Assembly (NCBI GenBank): GCA_963785305.1
Contig: CAWAUV010000007.1
Location: 1,504,001-1,568,000, forward strand
Direction of reading: 5' to 3'
Source: an uncultured Planctomycetaceae bacterium
Lineage (GTDB): Bacteria > Planctomycetota > Planctomycetia > Pirellulales > PALSA-1355
Length of the DNA: 64,000 nt
The position numbers and the translations under genes were made by a program. A model generated the notes under the pieces. The model saw only the letters and a list, made by a program, of their open reading frames with translations, had not been told where the DNA came from and did not search any database. Below are positions 22,747 to 32,792 of the stretch, in pieces. The stretch's first letter is position 1. The number at the start of each line of letters is the position of its first letter.

Positions 22747-23978
22747 ATGAGCGATCCTTATTTCCAAAAGCTTTTCGCCGAACGCATCGGCGGCGCCAAC
22801 TACGGCAAAGGCACGGCGATCTACAAGTTCGAGAAGATCAAGCGCGCCAAGCGCAAGGCCCTGGCCGATCATCCGGAGCGAAAGCTCATCGACTTCGGCA
22901 TCGGCGAAAACGACGAAATGGCCCCGCCCTCGGTGCGCGAGGCCATGGCCCACGAAATCAATCAGCCGGCCAACCGCGGCTATGCCGACAACGGCGTGGC
23001 TTCGTATCGCGAAGCCGCGGCGCGGTTCATGAAGCGCAATTTCAATGTGGACCTCGACCCGGCGACCGAGATCAATCATTGCATCGGCTCGAAAACCGCG
23101 CTCGCCATGTTGCCCGCCGCCTTCATCAATCCCGGCGATGTCACCCTGATGACCGTGCCCGGCTATCCGGTCGCCGGCACGCATACGCGTTATCTCGGCG
23201 GAACGGTCGTATCACTACCGCTGGTGGCCGACAACGATTTTTTTCCCGATCTCAAGGCGATTCCGGCCGAAACGCTCGAGCGCGCAAGCTGCTCGTGATC
23301 TGCTATCCGAACAGCCCCACCGGCAAGGCGGCGACGCGCGCGTTTTACGAACAAGTGATCGACGTTGCCAGGCGACACGAAATCGTGGTGGTGCAAGACG
23401 CGGCGCATATCATGTTGTCGTACTCGGCGCCCCCATTGAGCTTTCTTTCCGTGCCGGGCGCCAAGGATGTGGGCGTGGAAGTGCATTCCATGAGCAAGGG
23501 CTTCCACATGATCGGCTGGCGGCTCGGTTGGGTCTGTGGCAACGCGAAAATCGTGCAGGCGTTTGCCGATATCAAGGACAACAGCGACTCGGGCCAGTTC
23601 ATCGCCATTCAAAACGCCGCCGCCCGAGCGCTCGACGACGAGAGCATTCCGATCGGCGTGCGAGCTAAATACGAGCGTCGGCTCAAAAAGCTCGTGGCCA
23701 CCCTCTCGCGCTGCGGCTTTACGTGCCGCATGCCCGAGGGCACGTATTTTCTCTATACACCGAGCCCGAAGGGATTGGCCGATGGCTTGCGATTCGAGAC
23801 CGCCGAGGCGGCGAGCCAATATCTGATCACCGAGCATTCGATCTGCACGGTTCCCTGGGACGACGCCGGTCCGCACTTGCGGTTTTCGGTCACCTATGAA
23901 GCGCCGACCGAAGCCGAGGAAGACGCACTGATGGCGGCGACCGAAGCGCGGCTCAAACAACTCCGGCCAGTGTTTTAG
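22747..23978 (+). CDS. dapL: LL-diaminopimelate aminotransferase (frameshift near 23283)
   Basis: FAERIGG...[40 protein letters not shown] (class I/II PLP enzyme). Confidence 0.85.
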
Positions 23979-24210
23979 TCGCCAGATTTTGGGCGACTTG
24001 GGGCATCGGGGAAGGCTGGGAGTCGCCAGACGCCCTTTTGCCCGGATCGTTTCTTCGCTACGATTTGACTTCCGCTTCGCGAGACGATCCTCTCCGGGCG
24101 GCGCCGCCGGCGGGGCCGCGATCCCAATGATCCCAGTGCAAATTTCACCGCGGCGACGCGCGGGCCGCGATCAGGCATTTTTTTACTATTACCGAGCGAG
24201 GATTTTTCCC

Positions 24211-24861
24211 ATGGGCAATGACACCAACGTCGTCTGGCACGAACAAAGCGTCTCTCGCGCCGAGCGCGAAAAGAAAAACGGCCACAAAGGCTGCGTGGTC
24301 TGGTTCACCGGGCTGAGCGCCTGCGGAAAGAGCACGATCTCGAACTTGGTCGATCACAAGCTGCATGCCCAAGGCGTGCAAAGCTATGTGCTCGATGGCG
24401 ACAATGTGCGCCACGGCCTCAACGCCGGCCCGGGCATGCTCAAGGAGCGCCATGGCGAAGAATTCGCCAAGCGGTTCGGGCTTGGATTTTCGGCCCAAGA
24501 CCGCGAGGAAAACATCCGCCGAATCGGCGCCGTGGCCAAGCTATTCGCCGAAGCCGGCTCGGTGGCGCTCACCGCGTTTATCAGCCCCTATCGCCGCGAT
24601 CGCGACGCGGTTCGCGGCGCCCTGGGCGCCGACTTCGTGGAAGTGTTCGTCGACGCTCCGCTCGATGTGTGCGAAAAGCGCGATCCGAAGGGTCTGTACA
24701 AGAAGGCCCGCGCTGGCGAAATCAAGGGCTTCACCGGCATCGACGATCCGTACGAAGCCCCGGCGAAGCCGGAACTGGTGCTCGACGCGGGAACCAAGTC
24801 GGCCGAGACACTGGCCGACGAAGTGATCGCCTATCTGCGCAAGAGCGGCCGCATCTCGTAG
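24211..24861 (+). CDS. cysC: Adenylyl-sulfate kinase
   Basis: [51 protein letters not shown]; short insertion after RHGLN. Confidence 0.97.
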   Translation: MGNDTNVVWHEQSVSRAEREKKNGHKGCVVWFTGLSACGKSTISNLVDHKLHAQGVQSYVLDGDNVRHGLNAGPGMLKERHGEEFAKRFGLGFSAQDREENIRRIGAVAKLFAEAGSVALTAFISPYRRDRDAVRGALGADFVEVFVDAPLDVCEKRDPKGLYKKARAGEIKGFTGIDDPYEAPAKPELVLDAGTKSAETLADEVIAYLRKSGRIS

Positions 24862-24917
24862 CCGATATCTCGTAACCGATTTGGTTGACCTCGCCGCGGG
24901 GCGAATGCTAGTTATTA

Positions 24918-25006
24918 GCCACGGAAGAACACGAAATAAACACGGAAAAATCCGGAGCGGGAAACCTCGGAATCTTTTCGGTGTTTTGTCCGTGTTCTTC
25001 CGTGGC
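24918..25006. repeat. Inverted-repeat element of the GCCACGGAA-N-ACACG family (copy 1)
   Basis: 32-bp arms 24918-24949 and 24975-25006 match 28/32, followed by a T-run; related copy at 61141. Confidence 0.8.
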
Positions 25007-25263
25007 AAGTTTTTTTTAGCAGCACTTCGGCTTCAGCGGCGCATTCCTGATGGCGGCGATTCTCTATCTGGCCGGTAAACTTTCCCCGGTCTTCGCCGCC
25101 GACTCGCCTTGACGGGCTTGCGGCTTCCGCCTATTGTCCGCCCCGCAAGCACCAGCGCCGGCATCGCATGCTGGCGCCGCCGCGATCGAATTCGCTTGCA
25201 AACCTGTGCGACGTTTTGGGCGTCGCAGCGCGGCGACTTGGAGAATCACGGAGCCCTTTGGCA

Positions 25264-25458
25264 ATGAGAAAGTTGCTCTTGCTGACAACGGTCGTGGCCA
25301 TGCTTGGCTCGACCGGCTGTTACTACCATCCGTTTCAGCGCGGGTATACCTGCGCTCCGCCGGTGTACAGCCAGCCGACCTATGCCCCGCCGACCGCCGT
25401 TCCGGCGTACGCCCCCGCGTGCCAGCCGGTGGTTGTGCAGCAGTGTCCTTGCAATTGA
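25264..25458 (+). CDS. Small putative lipoprotein (64 aa)
   Basis: MRKLLLLTTVVAMLGSTG-C lipobox-like signal, then a Pro/Tyr/Cys-rich mature part. Confidence 0.65.
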   Translation: MRKLLLLTTVVAMLGSTGCYYHPFQRGYTCAPPVYSQPTYAPPTAVPAYAPACQPVVVQQCPCN

Positions 25459-25590
25459 CCGCCAGCCTCGCCCGCGGTCGAAGCGGCGCCTTGCCGCCTC
25501 GCGTTCGAACCCCGCAATGCCCGCGATGCTCGCCCGCCGAATCCTTTGTTTGCCCCCGCCGGTTTGCCCGTGAGCGGAGCGCTCCCTCCA

Positions 25591-27249
25591 ATGCACCGCA
25601 TCGCCCTCTGGATTCGCTCGCGCGTTCGGCTCGATCTATTGGCGGTGGTCGGGGTGCTCGCGGGCGTGTCGCTCTGGATCGACTTTAGCCGCATCCAGTC
25701 GCGGCAAAATGGCGATTCGCTCGTCATGTCGCTCGTCAGCCTCTACCACTGGACACCTCTTTTCTGGGAGCAAGACCGACTGGGCATGCTTGTGCCCGCG
25801 CTGGCGACGCCGTTTCGCTCGCCGCTGGGCAATATGCTGGCCCAGGCCGGGCTCACGATCTTCTCCGGCCTGGCGAGCTTTTTTTTGCTCGGTTACTATC
25901 TCGCGGGCCGTCGTCGCGGGCTCGCGATCGGCGCCGTGAGCGCGATTTTGTTCTTGCTGCTCAATCGTGAATCGCGTCGGTTTGGATACCTGGTATACAT
26001 CCATCAGTTCGCGACCTCGACCACGCTCGCGCTTCTGGCGCTCCTGGCGATCGAACATGCCGCTCGTGGCCAGCGCCGCCCAGGCTGGAGCGGGCTCTGG
26101 CCTTGGCCCACGGCCTTCGGCCTTCTGGGGCTCGCGCTGTGGGTCAATCCGGCGGCGGCTTTTGCCATCGGTCCATTGGTGCTGGCCCGCCGCGCGCTGG
26201 CTGGCCGGCGAGCCCGAGAGTTCGACTCCGACGATGGCTATCTCGAAGCGTGTGATCCGGCTCTGGACACGGCGTCGCCGGCCATCGCCGCGGACTCCGA
26301 AAGTTGGGCCGACCGGCCGCGATGGCTCGGGCTCACCGACGGCGATCTATTTGCGCTCGCGGCGATCGCCCTCGGATTGGGGCTGAGCATGGCGATCTCG
26401 CGCTCGGCCGCGACCGAAGCGGCCGAGTATCATTTGCTTGGCCCCCGGGCATGGTTGGCCTGCGCCTGGGGCGTGGCTCGCGACTTGCCCGGCCAGCTCG
26501 ATGGGCGTTGGTTCTGGACGATGCTCGTCGTGGCCGCCTTGGGCTTCGTGCCGCTGTGTTGGCCCGCCGGACGGCGCGCGGCGCGCGGCAGCGGCGCCGT
26601 AGCGCTGGCTCTTCTCCTGGCGGCGGCGGCGCAGTATGCGTTTGTGACGAGCCTTGAGCATGTGCATCGCACCGACTTCGGGCACTATGCGTTCACGGCG
26701 GTTTTTTTATGGCAGGGCGCATGCGTGGCGTTTTGCGTGCTGCAATGGGCGGCCGTGGCGCCCCGCGAGCATGCGTGGACTTTTCGCGCACCGTGGGCGC
26801 TGCTGGCCCTGTTCGCGGTGCTGGCGGCGGCGCGGCATGGCCGGCCCGGGCTCGATGTAGTGCGTCGCTCGCTGGCCGAGAGCATCGGCCGCTACTCCGG
26901 CGAGGTGCTTGCTCGCGGGGCAACGCATGTGGCCGGCGATTATACCGATGTCTGGACCACGGTGTTTCACGCCAATATGTTGCTCGCCCAGCGGGGCGAA
27001 GATCGCGTGGTGTGGGGCATTGCCGCGCGCGCGGCGCCGACGGCCGATCGCTGGCGAGCCGTGCCCGCGGACCAGACTCGCGTCGCCGTGCTCCGCGGAC
27101 AAGAGACAGCGGCCCATGCGGCGCTCGCGCGCTACGGAGTTGGCCCGCTGGCGGTGGATGTCGAGGGGCAAACGCTGCGTCTCGAGCGGCCCCTGGCGGC
27201 GCTCGAGGCGGATCGCCGGTCGGTTGAAGCCCCGGGACAATCACGTTAG
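25591..27249 (+). CDS. Hypothetical polytopic membrane protein (possibly GT-C-like)
   Basis: Long ORF with many hydrophobic segments; first loop NGDSLV...FWEQDRLGML. Confidence 0.7.
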   Translation: MHRIALWIRSRVRLDLLAVVGVLAGVSLWIDFSRIQSRQNGDSLVMSLVSLYHWTPLFWEQDRLGMLVPALATPFRSPLGNMLAQAGLTIFSGLASFFLLGYYLAGRRRGLAIGAVSAILFLLLNRESRRFGYLVYIHQFATSTTLALLALLAIEHAARGQRRPGWSGLWPWPTAFGLLGLALWVNPAAAFAIGPLVLARRALAGRRAREFDSDDGYLEACDPALDTASPAIAADSESWADRPRWLGLTDGDLFALAAIALGLGLSMAISRSAATEAAEYHLLGPRAWLACAWGVARDLPGQLDGRWFWTMLVVAALGFVPLCWPAGRRAARGSGAVALALLLAAAAQYAFVTSLEHVHRTDFGHYAFTAVFLWQGACVAFCVLQWAAVAPREHAWTFRAPWALLALFAVLAAARHGRPGLDVVRRSLAESIGRYSGEVLARGATHVAGDYTDVWTTVFHANMLLAQRGEDRVVWGIAARAAPTADRWRAVPADQTRVAVLRGQETAAHAALARYGVGPLAVDVEGQTLRLERPLAALEADRRSVEAPGQSR

Positions 27250-27364
27250 ACTCCGGATTGACGAATTCGGTCGCCGGACGGGCATCGCCGCCGCATGCCA
27301 CGCGACGTTTGTCCGGCTTCTACAACTCCCGCGGCTCCCCCCCATGGTTTGAGGCGTCGGTCGA

Positions 27365-28843
27365 ATGGGCTCGATGCGATTTCTGGTTCTGCGCCGCGAT
27401 TTGGCGCCCAGCGACGCCGCGGAGCGGGCCACCATGACCGGGCTCGAGGAGATTCCCTGGCAAACCCGCGTGCAGTGGACCGACGAGGGGCTGCTCGTTC
27501 GCCGCTCCGAATCGGAGTCGGGCTGCTTTCAAATTCCGTGGCTCGTGGCCGGCATGGGCGAAATCATGTTGGCCACCACTTCGCTCATGGAGCGCGCGGC
27601 CGTATCACTTGCCGGTCGAGCTCGCGCGGGGGGCGGTGCATCGCGTGCGCAATCAGTTGGCGCTCTGGCAAGGCATCGGCCTTGAATCACCGCCGGGGTT
27701 CGACGCGCAGCTCAAGGCGGCGATCGGTCATATGGCCCAGGCGGCGATCTCGCAAGACGATCTTTCGGTCTCGACCGCCGCCGCCCAGCGAGCGATCGCC
27801 GCCGCGCAAGAGGCGATGCGCGTGTTGGTGCGAGGCTATGTCGATCAATCGCTCGCGGCCCGGCAGCGGCAGAATGTCAAAGGGCAGAAGGCGCTCGGCG
27901 TGAGTTTGGGCCGCGCGGTGCTCAAGGAATCGGTGCAGCGCGACATTGTTTCCACCTTCAACGCCGCCATGATTCCGCTGCCCTGGAAAGAACTCGAACC
28001 GCGCGAGGGAAAATTCGACTGGACCCTGGCCGATCGCCAAATCGAATGGTGCCGGCTCAACAATCTCAGACCCTTTGCCGGACCGGTGCTCCAGCTCGAT
28101 CGGGCTTCGCTGCCCGACTGGCTCTATCTTTGGGAAGGCGACTTCGAGAATCTCGCCTCGCTCATGGTGGGACAAATCAAAACCGTGGTGAATCGCTACA
28201 AAGGCAAAGTCGCGCTCTGGACCTGTTCGGCCGGGCTCAACACGGCCGAAGCGATGTCGCTTAGCGAGGAAGAACGCTTGCGACTGGCCGTGATGTCGGT
28301 CGAAGCCACGCGCGAGACCGATGCCCGCGCCGCCGTGGTGCTCGCGATCGATCAGCCCTGGGGCGAATTCATGGGCCGGCAACCATGCGATTTTTCGCCG
28401 CTGCATTTCGCCGACGCGCTCGGCGCAGCGAGATCGGGCTCACCGGTTTTTGTCTCGACGTGAATCTCGGCTACCACCCCCGGGGCACGCAGCCGCGCGA
28501 CGCCCTCGACTTCAGCCGCCAGATCGATCGCTGGAGCTGCCTGGGTCTGCCGCTCGTGGTGCGCCTGATCCTGCCGAGCGACTCGGGACCCGACCCTCGC
28601 GCGACCGTGACCGCCGAACCGCTCGGAGCGGGCACGGCGCCGTCGCCGGAACGACAGGCCGCATTGCTTGGCGAGATTTTGCCGCTCTTATTGGTGAAGC
28701 CGATGGTGCAAGCGGTCGTGTGGCGGCAACTGCTCGACAGCGCGCCGCATGAATACGCGCACGGCGGACTCTTCGACCCCGCGCAGGCGGCCAAGCCGGC
28801 GCTCGCCGTGTTGCAGGCCGCGAGGAAAAAATACCTCGGGTGA
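27365..28843 (+). CDS. GH10-like TIM-barrel protein of planctomycete type (frameshifts near 27598 and 28425)
   Basis: PVELARG, WKELEPREGKFDW, LPDWL, VVNRYKG and GLFD..KPA across three joined ORFs. Confidence 0.75.
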
Positions 28844-28862
28844 CTCGGCGCGCCGCGGGTCG

Positions 28863-30656
28863 CTAGCGGCCGCGGAATACGAAGTCGGCGAACGAAGTCG
28901 TGGCTCGGTCGTCGTTGTGGGACAGTTCGTGCAGGTTTCGGCGGATGCGGCGATCGGCGGTCAGCAAATAATAGCGGCCCGCGGCGAAGCCCTGGGCGTC
29001 GGCCACGCCGTAGTTCAGCCGGTTGAGCACCGCGGCGCTCACATAAAGCTCGGTCGCGGAGTCGGCGATTCGGGCCAATTGATATTGCCGCTCGAGCACC
29101 GCCTCGCGATGGACGCGCAGCAGCCGCTCGACATGCGACCCGAACCGCCGGATCAGCCAGCCCAGCCGGGCCGCGTCGGCCTCGAGGCGGCGATCGCGCA
29201 CTCGAATCATCGGCGCCCGCCACATGGAGCGGAGCCGCTTGTGGGCAAAGCGGCCAAGCTGTCCGGCATGGCTCCACGGTCGATGCAGCGCGTCCCAGAC
29301 GCTCTTCAGCTCGAGCCCCACGTCGCGCATGCCCACCAGCGCCACGAACACCCGAAGCACATCATTGGCCCCCTCGCCGATCATGTTGATCCGCCCGTCG
29401 CGGAGCATGCGCTCGTAGGGCTCATCGGTGAAGTAGGCCTTGCCGCCGAAGATCTGAATCGTGTCGTTGATGATCCGCCACAGCGTGTCGGTGGCGAACA
29501 CCTTGAGCATCGCGGTTTCGATCATGTAGTCGTCGGCGCCCGAGTCGATCAGGGCCGAAGTCTGATAGGTGGCCGACTCCATGGCGAAGGCGCCGGCCGC
29601 CATGTGCGCCAGCTTGTCTTTCACGAGCTCAAACGCGGCCAGCGGCTGCTGGAACTGCACCCGAGACAGCGCATGCGCCCGGGCTCGCTCGAGGCAGAAT
29701 TTGGCGGCGCCGGTGCAACTGGCGCCAAACGTCACGCGGCCGTAGTCGAGCACGGTGAGGGCCACCTTGAGCCCCTTGCCCAACTGACCGAGGATGTTCT
29801 CGCGGGGCACGAACATATCGTGAAACGCCAAACGCGAAGTGGCCGTGCCGCGCACTCCGCACTTGGGCATTCGCTCTTCCACGACCTCGAAGCCCGGCAT
29901 GTCGGGTGTGACGATAAACGCCGTGACCTTGCCTTTGTTGCCCGACGAGGCGTCGGGGGCGCCTTTGTTGCCCGACGAGGCGTCGGGAGCGCCTTTGCCC
30001 GACCCGGCGTCGGGGGTGCGGGCCATGACCGTGAGTATGCGGGCAATGCCGCCATTGGTGATCCAACGCTTTTGGCCGTTGAGCACATAACCGGCGCCGT
30101 CGGGCGTGGGCGTGGCGGTCGTTTGCACATTCGCCGCGTCGCTCCCCGCCTCGGGCTCCGTGAGCGCGAAAGCGCTGATCGCCTCGCCGCTGGCCAGGGC
30201 CGGCAAATAGCGGGCCTGCTGCTCCTCGGTTCCAAAAAGCACGAGTGCCCGCGGTCCGATCGAATGATGCGCGTTGACGAACAGCGCCGTGCTGGCGCAG
30301 TGTCCGCCGAGCACTTCGATCAAGCGGCAATAGCCGGTTTGGGACATGCCGCGCCCGCCGAACCGAGGCGGCAAACACGCCCCGAGCACGCCGAGCTCGC
30401 CCAAGCCGCGAACGACCGAATCGGGAATCCGGGCATCGCGATCGATCGCCACCGGATCGATGCCGTCATGGCAGAATTGGCGCAGTTGAGCGACGCGCTG
30501 CTCGACATCGGCCGAATATCGCTGCGGATACGTCAAGAGCTTGTGCCCGGCGAATTTGCCGTAATACAGCGCCTTGGCGAAGCCGTGTTTCGTAAGCTGG
30601 TCGCCGAGCATTTCCTCGGCTTCCGCCATCTGACGTTCGCGGTCGACCGGTCGCAT
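28863..30656 (-). CDS. Acyl-CoA dehydrogenase (ACAD9/VLCAD-like)
   Basis: AFALTEPEAGSDA, LNGQKRWITNG, KCGVRG, LDYGR, RVQFQ, QIFGGKAY, IGEGANDV. Confidence 0.95.
   Translation of the reverse strand: MRPVDRERQMAEAEEMLGDQLTKHGFAKALYYGKFAGHKLLTYPQRYSADVEQRVAQLRQFCHDGIDPVAIDRDARIPDSVVRGLGELGVLGACLPPRFGGRGMSQTGYCRLIEVLGGHCASTALFVNAHHSIGPRALVLFGTEEQQARYLPALASGEAISAFALTEPEAGSDAANVQTTATPTPDGAGYVLNGQKRWITNGGIARILTVMARTPDAGSGKGAPDASSGNKGAPDASSGNKGKVTAFIVTPDMPGFEVVEERMPKCGVRGTATSRLAFHDMFVPRENILGQLGKGLKVALTVLDYGRVTFGASCTGAAKFCLERARAHALSRVQFQQPLAAFELVKDKLAHMAAGAFAMESATYQTSALIDSGADDYMIETAMLKVFATDTLWRIINDTIQIFGGKAYFTDEPYERMLRDGRINMIGEGANDVLRVFVALVGMRDVGLELKSVWDALHRPWSHAGQLGRFAHKRLRSMWRAPMIRVRDRRLEADAARLGWLIRRFGSHVERLLRVHREAVLERQYQLARIADSATELYVSAAVLNRLNYGVADAQGFAAGRYYLLTADRRIRRNLHELSHNDDRATTSFADFVFRGR
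29931..30016. repeat. In-frame 30-bp tandem repeat (about 2.9 units) inside the acyl-CoA dehydrogenase
   Basis: GCCTTTGTTGCCCGACGAGGCGTCGGG(G/A)GC twice plus a degenerate third unit; encodes (KGAPDASSGN)n. Confidence 0.9.
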
Positions 30657-30981
30657 GGGGAGTTTTGCCTCGTTGAAGTTCGCTGGACACGGGCGCGGGG
30701 AGGGGAAAGGAACCGGGCGTTCATCGTCCGCTGAATTATCGCTCTCGAACGCGACCGAGGCAACGCGGCAAACTTTGTCGATTGGGCAGGCAGTGCGGCT
30801 GGCGCCGATCGCGCGGCCGCGCAATGGTTAAATTCGGACGCCCGCGAGCCGATCCGAGAAAGTGCCCGCGGCCCGGTGTTCGATGAACATTGCAGGGCGC
30901 CTCGGTGAATTCAAGGTCGGGGTCCAAGACCATTGCAAACGGATGGCGCCCATTTACGACAAGAGGAAGGAAACGCGAACC

Positions 30982-31641
30982 ATGGCCTCAGCTTTGCGAA
31001 TGTACCTATTGACGGCTTTCGTGCTCGCGACGGCGGCCCCGCTCACCGCCGAGGATTGCGGTCCCAAGGGCAATTGCGGCTCGCAATGCGACGCCGATCA
31101 GTGCCAAGCCTGCGGCCGGCACTGCCAATGCGGCAAGACATGCCGGCTCGTGCCGGGCACGCGCAAGGTCTCCAAGACATGCTACTCCTGCAAATGCGAG
31201 GATATTTGCATTCCCAACCCCAGCAAATATTGCGGAAAGACGTGCGAGGCCGAAAAGGACCCCTGCACCGGTTGCGTTAAATGCGTGAAGAAAGAACACT
31301 GGACCCCATCGCCCTGCGGACGCATCATCACCCAGCGCAGCCTGGTGAAAAAGGAAGTCGTCAAGGAAGTGCCCGCGTATAAGTGGGAAGTGGTGCATTT
31401 GTGCCCGGCTTGCCAGCGCTCCGCCGAGATGAAGAATCGCGCAGTGCCGAAGGAGATGATCGTCGACGATACGATTCCGGCCGACGAAGTGGCGGGCGAC
31501 GTGGCCCTGGCCTCGGCCTCGGAGCCCATGAACGCGGAAGCCATTGACACGAAGTCCGCGGCCTCCGAAGCGGCCGCCAGCGCGCGGGCGCCGATCGCGC
31601 GGCGGGCGGCAGTCCGTCGCAATCGCTCAAACGGAAATTGA
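30982..31641 (+). CDS. Secreted cysteine-rich hypothetical protein
   Basis: Signal peptide, 20 Cys in about 120 aa, AAGGA RBS. Confidence 0.8.
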   Translation: MASALRMYLLTAFVLATAAPLTAEDCGPKGNCGSQCDADQCQACGRHCQCGKTCRLVPGTRKVSKTCYSCKCEDICIPNPSKYCGKTCEAEKDPCTGCVKCVKKEHWTPSPCGRIITQRSLVKKEVVKEVPAYKWEVVHLCPACQRSAEMKNRAVPKEMIVDDTIPADEVAGDVALASASEPMNAEAIDTKSAASEAAASARAPIARRAAVRRNRSNGN

Positions 31642-32028
31642 TGTCGCTCCTCGGCAAATGACTCCAGGGCGCGATCGCTCGCGCCGGTCGAATTGGCCCA
31701 ATAACGCCTCTCGCCTCGCCAGGCGGCGCATCGCGGAGCCCTTCGATGCAAATGCGCGGCTTCTCGCAATTTTTTTTCGACGCGCTGAAGCTTCGGCATA
31801 TTTCACCCAACCGCGAGATGCGAGGTCTCCCGAATGCGCCGCGGCTGCCGTGGGGGCCGTTTTGCATGCCTGAAATGCCGCGGGGGGAGTGGTTCGCTCG
31901 CCCGGCGCCCCCTCGCTGGCCACGGGCTCTCGGGAGTAGCCATGCGCGCGCGGCGGTTCTATAATCCATTTGGCGGCCCGGCGATTCGAGGCCGCCCCCC
32001 GCTGTTACTGAAAAATGAGTATCCGCAC

Positions 32029-32771
32029 ATGCCGCGGCGCCAGGATATCGATCGCCTGCTGAGTGAATGGGCCTACCAACCGGGTAAGGTCACGGCCCGC
32101 CTCGTGCGTGGGCCCAATGGTCGCGAATTGCTCCAGATGCGCGTCGAGATGGGCATCTTGCACTCGAGGTCGACAAACGGCCCGATGGCCAGCGTCCGGC
32201 GGGCAAGGACACCTACTTCGACCATCTTCTGGCCGAGGCCAAGCGGGCTGGCGGCGAATTCGAACTCTCGGCCGAGCAATGCGCCGCGGCCGATCGCGAG
32301 TTTTTGCAGTTCTACCATCGCCGCATTTGCTGGTTGGCGCTGCGGCAATTCCGCCGCGCAGTGCGCGACGCGGACCATAGTCTCGCGTTCATGGATTTTG
32401 TGCGAGCCCATTCGCCCGACGAGGAGTGGACTCTCTCCCACGAGCAGTACCGCCCGTTCGTCCTTTTCCATCGGACTCAAGCCGCCACCTTGGCCACCCT
32501 GGACGAAGCCGGGCCCGAGCCGGCGCTGGCCGAGTTGGCCGCTGGCATCGAGCGTTTTCGCCAGCTTTTCGCCGAGTACGACGCCGAGGACCAGTACGAC
32601 GACGACGAACTCGTGCAGCGTCTCAAGGAACTGAATCACACCCTGCGCGAGCAGTATCACTTGCAGCCGAGCCTGAGCGAACAATTGGCCGAGGCCGTGG
32701 CCAGTGAGCAATACGAGCTCGCCGCCAAGCTCCGCGACCAGATCACCGCCAAGCAAGACCCCAAGCTGTAA
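32029..32771 (+). CDS. UvrB/UvrC-motif (UVR) domain protein (frameshift near 32162)
   Basis: LQMRVEMGIL, DREFLQFYHRR and C-terminal LAEAVASEQYELAAKLRDQI. Confidence 0.85.
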
Positions 32772-32792
32772 GTCATGGCGGCTCGGCGGGGC

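Noticed and set aside
19777..23978. serS and dapL as pseudogenes or programmed frameshifts
   Set aside because: Essential genes, no slippery motifs, and the same indel pattern occurs throughout the window.
28749..30734. 661-aa + strand ORF and other long antisense ORFs (e.g. 1491..2795, 32775..34028, 39761..41056, 51278..52669)
   Set aside because: Shadow ORFs opposite well-supported genes, expected from high-GC codon bias.
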